A stretch of 64,000 bases of DNA, from the NCBI GenBank assembly GCA_029940215.1, contig JAOZRE010000002.1:1433-65432 (forward strand). Direction: 5' to 3'. The number at the start of each line of letters is the position of its first letter. Position 1 is the first letter of the stretch. The translations under genes were made by a program, and so were the position numbers. A model generated the notes under the pieces. It was not told the DNA's origin and did not search any database. It worked only from the letters and a program-made list of their open reading frames with translations. This stretch comes from a bacterium (lineage in GTDB: Bacteria; SAR324; XYD2-FULL-50-16). Below are positions 19,875-28,967 of the stretch, piece after piece.

Positions 19875-20609
19875 CTATACAAAGCTCCCAATCAGAAGGA
19901 TCGCTGATTCAGCCAGCACACAACAGGCGCCGAGCAGATCGCCGGTCACTCCGCCAATGCGGACCTGTGCAAAACGTCCCAGCAGAAGGCTGAAACCCCA
20001 CCCGCCGCACAGTACCAGGACGCCAGGCCATTCCAGCAAAAAGAACACTATAAGGCCCGCTGGCAGAAAGTTGGCCAGCCAGTGCCGCCATGTAGCTCCT
20101 TTGACAAAAGCTGAGGCTGTTCCGGACTCGCGGGCGTAAGGTAACCTGACTGCCAGATCCACCATCAGAACACGGGATATCACAAATGCGGCTATCAACC
20201 AGACACCCCTGCCGGTTTCCAATAATCTCACCAGAAATACCCAATTCCCCAGCAGGATCAGAACCAGAGAAAGTACACCGAAGGTCCCCAGTTGTGAATC
20301 CTTCATAATCTCCAGAATTCTACCTCGCTCGTGTCCCCCCCAAAAGCCATCGGCACAATCCGCCAGGCCGTCCAGATGCAATCCCCGGGTCAGGAAAACA
20401 GCTGCGCCAAGAACCAGAAAGGCTGCCACTTCCAATCCCTCATGCCCTATCGTGTCCACCCAAAGCCAAGTCCCCCCGTATAAAACAGCACCCAGCAGCA
20501 GGCCAACCCAGACAAAACCGTAGAGTGCCCTTGAAAAATCAGGGGCATTCTTTCCAGGCACGGGCAGTATGGTCAACGTACGCAAGGCCGTAATCAATCC
20601 TTTCAACAT
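19875..20609 (-). CDS. cobS: Adenosylcobinamide-GDP ribazoletransferase (cobalamin synthase).
   Basis: Polytopic membrane protein with the CobS motif (...LDGLADCADGFWGG...). I preferred the start at the Met with an AGGAAA RBS (minus-strand ATG, its complement CAT at plus 20607-20609) over the longer ORF to 20651. Confidence 0.85.
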   Translation of the reverse strand: MLKGLITALRTLTILPVPGKNAPDFSRALYGFVWVGLLLGAVLYGGTWLWVDTIGHEGLEVAAFLVLGAAVFLTRGLHLDGLADCADGFWGGHERGRILEIMKDSQLGTFGVLSLVLILLGNWVFLVRLLETGRGVWLIAAFVISRVLMVDLAVRLPYARESGTASAFVKGATWRHWLANFLPAGLIVFFLLEWPGVLVLCGGWGFSLLLGRFAQVRIGGVTGDLLGACCVLAESAILLIGSFV

Positions 20610-20639
20610 GCTGTTTCCTGACGGCGGGCAAATTAATGG

Positions 20640-20800
20640 AAATCGTGGCAAAAAAGGGATATCAAAACAGAGCCAATTGAGAAGGAAGACAGTGGGAGCA
20701 GCCCTGATAAACCGCTACTATCCGGATTACAGTTTCCAGCAGCCTGACAGTTTGTGTCAAGGGATATTGGCCCTTATGGTCGATCCGGCTAATATCCCCT
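20640..20800 (-). ncRNA. Candidate cobalamin (B12) riboswitch in the cobS leader.
   Basis: The minus-strand sequence reads ...GCUGCUGGAAACUGUAAUCCGGAUAGUAGCGGUUUAUCAGGGCUGCUCCCACUGUC.... This matches the conserved riboswitch core (GGAA..GUnAAUCC..GCnG..CCCnCUGU). A clean B12-box (AGYCMGGAAGACCKGCC-like) is not obvious. It sits directly upstream of cobS-cobU-cobT. Confidence 0.45.
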
Positions 20801-20908
20801 GAAAAACCGATTTCTACTTTTCATGATGACTGCAGACTGATAAAATAGATATGACAGTAAGAAGAGAGCCAGCATACAAGAAAAATCCAAACAGCTTCAA
20901 CCAAGCCG

Positions 20909-21286
20909 ATGCAATGGAGCAGCAACCCAATGAAAATACTTCTAATCGTAGCACATGGCAGCCGCCAGGAGTTTGCAAATCAGCATTTAAAACGTTTGAC
21001 AGCTGATATCGGAGCCGGTGTAGAAGGGCGATTTGACAAAGTGCAGTGTGCCTTTTTGCAGTTCAACGGACCATTTGTGATCGACACCATAGCCGAACTG
21101 GTTGCAGAAGGTGCTACCCAGATCGTACTCTTCCCCTATTTCCTGTCCGAGGGTAGCCATGTGACTTCCGATATTCCTGAACTCGTCAAGGAGGCGAAAC
21201 GGCTTTATGCTGGTGTGACCTTTGAAGTAGCGCCAATGTTGGGAGAGATACAGGGATTGAAAGATCTGATTCTGGGCGTTCTATAA
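20909..21286 (+). CDS. cbiX: Small CbiX-type sirohydrochlorin cobaltochelatase.
   Basis: The N-terminal KILLIVAHGSRQE...FLQF...PFV...L...GATQIVLFPYFLSEGSHV matches the short CbiX(S) fold. The true start may be the internal Met at 20930. It diverges from cobS. Confidence 0.6.
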   Translation: MQWSSNPMKILLIVAHGSRQEFANQHLKRLTADIGAGVEGRFDKVQCAFLQFNGPFVIDTIAELVAEGATQIVLFPYFLSEGSHVTSDIPELVKEAKRLYAGVTFEVAPMLGEIQGLKDLILGVL

Positions 21287-21316
21287 AAATGAAAACTGGA
21301 TTCCCCTGCTCCGTTT

Positions 21317-23431
21317 TCAGAGATCAGAACTATTTATCTGCCGAGCTTCCCGTGGGACCAGGACACCTGATGGTCTGTCGCTGGCGGGAATCAGGAAAGT
21401 GAAGATGGCCCCCCCTTCGGGGTTGTTTTCAGCCCAGATTTTCCCCTGGTGTCCCTCAATGATTTGTCGGCAAATCGCCAATCCCAGACCGGTACCGCCG
21501 GCTCCGGTCTTCGTTTTACTGCTTTGCACAAACCTGCTGAAAACAGCTTCCAGCTCATCTTCGGGAATACCGACCCCGGTATCGGTCACAGAGAGTTTGA
21601 GACCGGGGTTCGTGCCATCACCGTCAGCGACCGGTTGAAATTCCCCCGACGCCAGATCAATCACAACATTTCCAGAGTCCGAAGTGAACTTGAGGGAATT
21701 TGAAAGCAGGTTGGTAACAACCTGTCCAATACGGAGTTTGTCACACACCACCAGCATGCGTTTGCCAGCCGTGTTGAATATCAATTCGATCCCCCGTTCT
21801 CTGGAAAGCTCCCTGACATCGTCCATGGCATTCTCAACAATCCGGACCAGATCGTGTTTACTCATCTGATAACTGAGACTGCCCGCTTCCAGCCTGGAAA
21901 GATCAAGCAGGTCATTGAGCAGCAGCGTCAGCCGACTGCCCGATTTATAAATCTGATTGAAATAGTGCAGCAGTTTATCAAGAGGGGCTGTCGTAATTTT
22001 CTTTATACCATATTTGGAATAGCTCAGGATCTGGTGCATGGGATTTCTGAGTTCATGGGAGATATTGGCCAGAAACTCGCTTTTGGCTTGATTGGCATTG
22101 TCCGCAGCGGTTTTGGCCTTTCGCAGGTTTTCCTCCGTCTCCTTTTGTGAGGTAATGTCCTGCCCGATACTGTTGATATACCTTAACTTACCATCGTCAT
22201 CAAAATTCAGGTGCATCGTCCAGCCGATATGGCGAACAGTTCCATCGGACTGGTTCACCTGGCGGTTTTCAATCCGGGCACTCTCCTGCTTATTCCGGAG
22301 GCAGTCGTCAAGAACCCCCTGCGTCATCTGCAGATCTTCCGGATAAACAAAATCGGACCACTTTTTATTCAGGCACTCTTCCACAGGCAACCCAAATATG
22401 GTATTGGCTGTCGGATTGACGTACAACAACTGCCCTCTCTCATCAATCTGGGTCACCAAGTCCCGGGTTCCTTCCACCAGGTTGCGATACCGCGTCTCGC
22501 TCTCTGCCAGAATCCCTTCCAGAACCTTGCGATCCTCAATCTCTTCCACCAGTTTCCGGTTAATAGTCTGCAACTCCTCGGTTCGATCCGCGACTTTCTT
22601 TTCCAGGGCCTCCCGGGCTTTTTCCCGCTCTTCTTCCATCTGCAGACGGGCTAGTTCCGCTTCTTTGCGAGGGGTAATATCGGAGAAAACAGCAGCGACC
22701 TGATTCTCTTTCAACATATACGCGGCTACCTGAAAATAACCGCCAAAAACTGGAGCATATAATTCAAATATTTCACCACCCGGGTTATCAGCAATGCGGG
22801 GAAAAATAGTCAGCCACTCATCCGTGAAATCTTGAAAAACCTCTAGAATCGTTTTTCCGACAACTTCTTCGGCAGTCCTGGACATCAGTTTTTCCATAGC
22901 AGGATTAATCTTCAGGTAGCGCCAGTCATAGGCCTCACCTTTTTCATCAAATATCATCTCAACCAGTAAAAACCCGTTCAGCATACTGTTGAACAGCTTA
23001 TCATACTGCTCCTCTCTCTCCTGTAGTTCCTTTTCAGCCTGCTTCCGTTTAGACTCAATGGCATCGGAATAAACGGCAATTTCGATAGCTGTTTTCAGAT
23101 CCCGCTCATTGATTGGCTTCATAAGGTAGCCAAACGGTCGAATCTGACGGGCTCGCTTCAGAATTTCGTCATCAGCGTAGGCGGTGAGAAAAATAACAGG
23201 CAGATCCATTCGGTCTTGAACATTTCTGGCTGCGTCAATGCCGTCCATGTCACCTTTCAGCCGAATATCCATCAGCATCAGATCCGGTGCATCCTTCGCA
23301 ACGCTCGCAATGGTCTCAAGGCCGGTTGCGACACAGTCGGTAACCTCGTAGCCGAGGCTCTCCAGTGTGATCTTCAGTTCCAGAGCGACGACCGCCTCGT
23401 CCTCAACAATTAGAATCCGAATTTTCTCCAT
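21317..23431 (-). CDS. Hybrid sensor histidine kinase with an N-terminal receiver domain, PAS domain(s), HisKA and HATPase_c.
   Basis: Probable start at MEKIRILIVEDE (REC domain, Asp in ...LMLMDIRLKGDMDG). Central PAS-like segments and a coiled coil. HisKA H-box (ISHELRNPM) and a C-terminal ATPase (...DTGVGIPEDE...GGTGLGLAICR). Confidence 0.85.
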   Translation of the reverse strand: MEKIRILIVEDEAVVALELKITLESLGYEVTDCVATGLETIASVAKDAPDLMLMDIRLKGDMDGIDAARNVQDRMDLPVIFLTAYADDEILKRARQIRPFGYLMKPINERDLKTAIEIAVYSDAIESKRKQAEKELQEREEQYDKLFNSMLNGFLLVEMIFDEKGEAYDWRYLKINPAMEKLMSRTAEEVVGKTILEVFQDFTDEWLTIFPRIADNPGGEIFELYAPVFGGYFQVAAYMLKENQVAAVFSDITPRKEAELARLQMEEEREKAREALEKKVADRTEELQTINRKLVEEIEDRKVLEGILAESETRYRNLVEGTRDLVTQIDERGQLLYVNPTANTIFGLPVEECLNKKWSDFVYPEDLQMTQGVLDDCLRNKQESARIENRQVNQSDGTVRHIGWTMHLNFDDDGKLRYINSIGQDITSQKETEENLRKAKTAADNANQAKSEFLANISHELRNPMHQILSYSKYGIKKITTAPLDKLLHYFNQIYKSGSRLTLLLNDLLDLSRLEAGSLSYQMSKHDLVRIVENAMDDVRELSRERGIELIFNTAGKRMLVVCDKLRIGQVVTNLLSNSLKFTSDSGNVVIDLASGEFQPVADGDGTNPGLKLSVTDTGVGIPEDELEAVFSRFVQSSKTKTGAGGTGLGLAICRQIIEGHQGKIWAENNPEGGAIFTFLIPASDRPSGVLVPREARQINSSDL

Positions 23432-23773
23432 AACCAGTGTTCCAACTTGAAATAGCGTGCGGTTCTCACTGTAATAAATCCCCAGCCCGGACAGGGCCTC
23501 CATGCTGGATCTTATTTAGACATATGTATCTAAAACTGTCAATCATCAGCGCAGGTTGGCCATATGATACAAGGGCAGGACAACCGGTTGACCCCCGGCT
23601 TGCAAACATAGTCGCAACCAATTACGCTGTATAAAGCGCCTGAGATATCACTTCCTGCCATTTGGAACGCTTTCACGCCTATAGAATCTTCTTTTTTTGT
23701 TTTACACCCGGGCCTATCAATTTTTCAGAAGGCGACTCTGGCACAACGATCAAAACAAACTATTGGAGTTCCC

Positions 23774-25159
23774 TTGAACGAAAAAATGTCCCATTTCCCC
23801 ATCATATCAGCTATCCTGCTGACACAGTTTATCATGCCTTTCATGTTTTCCGGCATCACCGTCACCCTGCCGGTCATGGGCCAGGAATTTCAGGCCAGTG
23901 CTGTTTCCCTGGGGCTGGTGGAAATCGTATATCTGGGGGCTTCCGGGGCTTTTATGCTGCCTTTTGGCCGTCTGGCAGACCTGACGGACAAGCAGTTTAT
24001 CTTCAAAATCGGCCTTCTGCTCAGTGCGTTAACCACACTTGGTTTGGGATTTGCCACCTCCATCGAAATGTTTATCGTGATGCGTCTTTTTCAGGGAGCA
24101 ACCATTGCAATGACCGCTGCCACCAACATGGCCATTCTAGCAGATGTTTACCCGAAGGAGAAACTGGGGCGGCTATTGGGAATCTCACTTGGGAGTGTTT
24201 ATGTCGGGCTTTCCACAGGCCCCTTCATCGCAGGCTTTATCACTGAAACACTTGGGTGGCGGTGGATTTATTACTTGATAGCCATCATCATGATATTTTC
24301 CTATGCCCAGAGCGTACGCGCCATGAAGGGGAGATGGAAACAACCCACCAGTCCCATCGACTGGAGTGGCAGTTTTCTGGCCATGGCTATCCTGACATTA
24401 TGGATAACCGGCAGCTCAACCCTCGACAAAGGGATGACCGGACTGTCGTTGTTGGCAGCCGGCCTGGTTCTGGTGCCGGTTTTTGTCTGGGTGGAGAATC
24501 GTGCCCAAGCACCATTACTCGAATTCAGACTTTTCCGCATCCACCCCGTTTTTACCTGGGCTCTGCTGATTCAGCTTTTTACATACTCCGGTGCCTTCGG
24601 GATTACCTTCCTTCTTAGCCTTTACTTGCAAACCGTTCGCGAATTTTCTCCCCAGGCAACCGGAGTCGTGTTGATGGTATCACCCGTGGTGATGGCGATT
24701 ATGTCACCGATTTTCGGACGTCTTGCCGACAAGTTCCGTCCCCAGATCCTGGCTGCCGGGGGCGCCTTCCTGATTTTTGCAGGCACCCTGATAGCGATAG
24801 GGATTTCAGCCACGACCCCCATTTTCATGCTGGGCGTTATTATGGCAGTTCAAGGCATGGGATTTGGCATGTTCTCTTCCCCTAATATGAAAATTATTAT
24901 GACCGGCATCGACAAGGGGCATCTCAGCATGGCTTCTGCTCTGACGGCTCAGATGCGTTCGTTAGGAATGATTGTCAGTATGCTGTTGATCACCCTTTTC
25001 CTATCGCTGCTGATGGGAAAAGCAGCCATATCTGCCGAGACATCCGGCCACTATCTGTCTGTCATGCGATATTCGCTGGTGTCTCTGGCAATTCTGGGGG
25101 GCATTGCTATCTTGATGTCGTTCCGACAGCTTATGAGAAGCGGGGATTCAGGAGTGTAG
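23774..25159 (+). CDS. MFS transporter (DHA2/EmrB-like, 14-TM type).
   Basis: 461 aa, hydrophobic throughout. MFS motif (...GRLADLTDKQFIFKIGLLL...) and a second-half repeat (...GRLADKFRPQ...). Confidence 0.8.
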   Translation: MNEKMSHFPIISAILLTQFIMPFMFSGITVTLPVMGQEFQASAVSLGLVEIVYLGASGAFMLPFGRLADLTDKQFIFKIGLLLSALTTLGLGFATSIEMFIVMRLFQGATIAMTAATNMAILADVYPKEKLGRLLGISLGSVYVGLSTGPFIAGFITETLGWRWIYYLIAIIMIFSYAQSVRAMKGRWKQPTSPIDWSGSFLAMAILTLWITGSSTLDKGMTGLSLLAAGLVLVPVFVWVENRAQAPLLEFRLFRIHPVFTWALLIQLFTYSGAFGITFLLSLYLQTVREFSPQATGVVLMVSPVVMAIMSPIFGRLADKFRPQILAAGGAFLIFAGTLIAIGISATTPIFMLGVIMAVQGMGFGMFSSPNMKIIMTGIDKGHLSMASALTAQMRSLGMIVSMLLITLFLSLLMGKAAISAETSGHYLSVMRYSLVSLAILGGIAILMSFRQLMRSGDSGV

Positions 25160-25230
25160 TCCCGGTTTTTATCACTGTCCGGCCTGTTGGTAACAAGCCG
25201 GACAGGACGCAGATTCTTCCAGGGAGATGA

Positions 25231-26184
25231 TCAGGCAAAAACCATGCGTGTACCGGACATATTCAGCAAAAACTGATCCGGCATTTCCGATTGGATTCGC
25301 ACACTCGCATCCCGTCCCGTACAATGGGTAGGGACAATATAGCGGGGATTCAGCTCTTTCAGGGCTTTGGCTGTCGGCTCAATAATTCCCGCAAATTCGC
25401 CACCGGTCAGGTGAAATCCACCCATCACTGCGTAGAGTTCATTGACTCCTGTGACCTCCTTTGCGTAGTTCACCGTATTGACAATTCCCGCATGAGCACA
25501 CCCAGAGAGGATCACCAGGCCCTTACCTTTGACATGGGCAACCAATGACGTGTCATCATTGATCGCATCCCATTTTTCCTCACCGTTTTCAAGGTATTGA
25601 AAAGAGGCAGCCCCCTTTTCGAAGTCGGACTTTCTTGGAACCTCTCCCAGAAAACAGAGCCCGCCGTCAAGCATGGGATAAGGATCTGCTGACTCTATCA
25701 GCTCGACGCCTGCTGCTGCTACCTGTTCTTTTTCCAGGATCGGCATGATAATTTTGAATTCGTCAGTAATCTTGATCACCCGCCCCTCTCTGAAAGCCGC
25801 AGGGTGAGCGACCATAGGAATTCCGGTTTTTCCGATGGCTCCCACAAGGGAGTCGAAGCCGCCCGTGTGATCGATGTGGCCGTGGGAAAGCGCCATCATC
25901 TCAACGGATGAAAGATCTGCGTTTATAGCCTTTGCGTTCTTATAGGCTCCAGATTTGGAAAACCCAAAGTCAAACAGGACTGTCCTGACACTGTCCCCGC
26001 TGGTGATCGATACCAACGCTGAAAATCCGTGCTCTGCTGTAATACTATTTGAAAATTCCAGGCCATTCAACGGCATGGCTCGCTGCACCACCTCATTTCC
26101 ATCCTGAGAGGCCAGGTCGATATAGTTATCTTGCAGTGTTAGAATTTCAACCTTGTCCACTTCCTTTAACTCAATCGTTGTCAT
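25231..26184 (-). CDS. MBL-fold metallo-hydrolase.
   Basis: 317 aa with the HxHxDH motif (ALSHGHIDHTGG) and later His/Asp ligands. Confidence 0.8.
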   Translation of the reverse strand: MTTIELKEVDKVEILTLQDNYIDLASQDGNEVVQRAMPLNGLEFSNSITAEHGFSALVSITSGDSVRTVLFDFGFSKSGAYKNAKAINADLSSVEMMALSHGHIDHTGGFDSLVGAIGKTGIPMVAHPAAFREGRVIKITDEFKIIMPILEKEQVAAAGVELIESADPYPMLDGGLCFLGEVPRKSDFEKGAASFQYLENGEEKWDAINDDTSLVAHVKGKGLVILSGCAHAGIVNTVNYAKEVTGVNELYAVMGGFHLTGGEFAGIIEPTAKALKELNPRYIVPTHCTGRDASVRIQSEMPDQFLLNMSGTRMVFA

Positions 26185-26547
26185 TTTCGTCTCCTATATT
26201 TCCATATATTTTGAGATTTTCTAATTTTAGAAAACCCTATGCAGGTGCACTCTTCCGGAAATCCGCTTTCCGCATTTCAAGCACCCGAATCGTGACAAAC
26301 ATGAACTGAAACTGATCATCTGAATCTGAACACCTCACCCATAACGCAAAAACCTGCCGGAATCAAGCAGTTATCAGTCAGAATATAAAGGCTTCTCACA
26401 TTGGAAAGCTCTTTCCACCCCAGGACCTCCAAAAAAAGGCCCCGTTTGCGGAAGTACCCCCTTCCCTGATATACTCTACGAACAAGACCAGCCAACTTTC
26501 AGGCCGGCTACAGCTATAACAGCCCGGACACAGGAATTCTTTTCCGT

Positions 26548-27447
26548 ATGAAACAGCTCATGTTCCTCCTTCTGCTGGCTACCTGTCTGGTCACGACAGC
26601 CAGCGGCAAAAGCAACTCCCTGCCATCAAACTATTTCACCATCACTCTATCGGAACGTGTCATCAAACAGGGACAGACAGTGACCGTATTTGTAACGTCG
26701 GCAAACCGCCTTAAGCAGGTGGAACTAGAAGCGCTGGGACAGAAACTGCCGATGTATCACATGTGGCATAAGGAAGAGCCCCACCTGTTCCGGGCCTTTG
26801 TGGGGATTCCAGCCAGAACCCGGCCTGGATCCTACCGGATTGTGGCTCGCGCTGTGGATATCAACCAGCAGCCACTCGCCATTCACGCCACGATAACAGT
26901 TGAAGACGCCCGCTTCAAGATCCAGCAGATTACCCTTTCAAAAAAGAAAACCAAACTGCTGGATCATAAACAACTCCGGAAGGAGGGGCGTATTCTGAAA
27001 AAACATTTCCTGAAGAAGGATCGGAAAGTGTATTTTGCATCACCATTCCAACGACCGGCTGAAGGACGTACCAGCTCAGCATTCGGATTGCGTCGGCAAT
27101 ATAACGGGGATGCCATTTCCTCCTATCACAAGGGACTGGATATCGCGAATCGGACCGGAACGCCCATCCGCGCAGCAAACGGTGGGCAGGTGTCTCTGGC
27201 AGCTGTCTGGAAATCCCACGGCAAAACCGTTCTGATCAATCACGGCCATGGAATCGTGACCGTCTATATACACATGGACAAAATACTGGTGAAAACAGGA
27301 GAGTGGGTCAAGCGGGGACAGACAATAGGCAGGATCGGTTCAACCGGAATTGCCAGCGGTCCCCACCTCCACTTCGGCCTCAGCATCAATGACATTCGCA
27401 TCAACCCCGATCAGTGGATCAAGAACCGCGTCAGGCTTCACTTCTAA
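26548..27447 (+). CDS. M23-family (LytM) metalloendopeptidase with signal peptide.
   Basis: The C-terminal HKGLDIA...GT.PIRAA.GGQV...GHG..VTVYIHMD...GQTIGRIGSTG.ASGPHLHFG is a canonical M23 peptidase core. Confidence 0.85.
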   Translation: MKQLMFLLLLATCLVTTASGKSNSLPSNYFTITLSERVIKQGQTVTVFVTSANRLKQVELEALGQKLPMYHMWHKEEPHLFRAFVGIPARTRPGSYRIVARAVDINQQPLAIHATITVEDARFKIQQITLSKKKTKLLDHKQLRKEGRILKKHFLKKDRKVYFASPFQRPAEGRTSSAFGLRRQYNGDAISSYHKGLDIANRTGTPIRAANGGQVSLAAVWKSHGKTVLINHGHGIVTVYIHMDKILVKTGEWVKRGQTIGRIGSTGIASGPHLHFGLSINDIRINPDQWIKNRVRLHF

Positions 27448-27470
27448 TCCCTGTTACCGGATTACCGGGA

Positions 27471-28139
27471 CTACTTCACAAAAGTGAGCACCTCATTCTT
27501 CAGCCAGTCAGTCCAGGCCTCCAGTCCATCGCCACTCTTGGCTGAGATCTCAAAGATCTTGATATTGGAGTTCAACTTCTTCGCCCGTTCCTTGACCGCC
27601 TCCATATCAAAATCAGATAGTGAAAGGTAGTCCGTCTTTGTCACAATCAACACATCACAAATTGAAAACATCAATGGATACTTCAACGGCTTGTCATCAC
27701 CCTCCGGCACGCTAAGTAGCATGGCGTTCAGGACAGCCCCTGTATCAAATTCCGCCGGACAGACCAGGTTCCCGACATTCTCAATAATAATCAAGTCCAG
27801 GCCTTTGACGTCCATCGCCCCCAACCCCTGCTCCACCATATTGGCATCCAGATGACAGAAACCGCCCGTGCGAAGCTGAATGGCCGGAATGCCTTGGGCA
27901 ACCATTTTCTCAGCATCGACTTTGGAGTCAATATCCGCCTCCATTACACCCACCTTGATCTCATCCTTGATCATCCCGATACTCTTCATCAACAGGGTGG
28001 TTTTCCCTGCTCCCGGAGAGGACATCAGGTTCATCAGTAAAGTCTTCTCCGCTTTCAACTGACTTCTCAGGCCATCCGCTTTTTTTTCGTTGTCTGCTCG
28101 AATATCCTCTTTAACTTCAATCAATCTGACTTCATCCAT
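27471..28139 (-). CDS. hypB: Hydrogenase nickel-incorporation GTPase.
   Basis: 222 aa. P-loop (SSPGAGKTTLL) and the CH-motif (GGFCHLDA) of HypB. Start overlaps the hypA stop. Confidence 0.9.
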   Translation of the reverse strand: MDEVRLIEVKEDIRADNEKKADGLRSQLKAEKTLLMNLMSSPGAGKTTLLMKSIGMIKDEIKVGVMEADIDSKVDAEKMVAQGIPAIQLRTGGFCHLDANMVEQGLGAMDVKGLDLIIIENVGNLVCPAEFDTGAVLNAMLLSVPEGDDKPLKYPLMFSICDVLIVTKTDYLSLSDFDMEAVKERAKKLNSNIKIFEISAKSGDGLEAWTDWLKNEVLTFVK

Positions 28140-28489
28140 TAGATAACCTCCATATCCTTAATGTAATAATCTTTTCCGGAAACAAGCGTATAGTCCTTAC
28201 TGTCGCAGTTACCGCACTGTATCTCCTTCATCGCCTTCACATCAACCTGAAACGACTCACCACAACCATTGCAATGCATGACCACCGGCACCCGTTCGAT
28301 CACCAGCTTGGCGCCTTCGGCCACACTATCCTTGGCCAGGTAGTCGAAATAGTGCTGTATCCACTCATTTTCCAGGTCACTAAGCTCTCCAACCCTCAGG
28401 TTTACACTGACAACCTTCTGGACATTGTTCCGCTGGGCGTGAGAGACGATAATATCCAGAATTTTTTCCGTTACCGGGAGTTCATGCAT
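28139..28489 (-). CDS. hypA: Hydrogenase maturation nickel metallochaperone.
   Basis: 116 aa. N-terminal MHELPVTEKIL and paired Cys-x2-Cys zinc site (CNGCG...CGNCDS). Confidence 0.85.
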   Translation of the reverse strand: MHELPVTEKILDIIVSHAQRNNVQKVVSVNLRVGELSDLENEWIQHYFDYLAKDSVAEGAKLVIERVPVVMHCNGCGESFQVDVKAMKEIQCGNCDSKDYTLVSGKDYYIKDMEVI

Positions 28490-28967
28490 TCAGGGCTCCT
28501 GTGTTATTTTATTGTAACTGTTCACCACATTTCCAGAGTCAAGGGTATACCGCCACCGCTCTGGGCGGGAACCGGACCTGTAGATAATGATCAGATCAGT
28601 CCGCCACCATCACAGACGATCATTGTACCTGCACGGCTATCAAGTTATATGCCTATTATTTTAGTTCCCCGTATAGCATACCGTCAAGAATAATCGAGCA
28701 TATGTTCCATTTTATCAGCTATCTATGAAACCGCTATCCTTTTGTTATTTAACAGTTGTAGAATCTTTCAAAAAACGAGCGGGCGTTCGAAAACTCTTGA
28801 CGTTCCATGATCAAGTTTCATATAAAGAAGAGAAGCGCCGGTTTTTATCTCGAACCGCGACAAAAAATTTTCATCAGCGACCGGTGGTAAACAGACCGTT
28901 GATGAAGGATTTGCCCGGCAGGGACTTGCCGGCTTCCTAAAAACACCTCTATTGGAAAAGGAATTCA

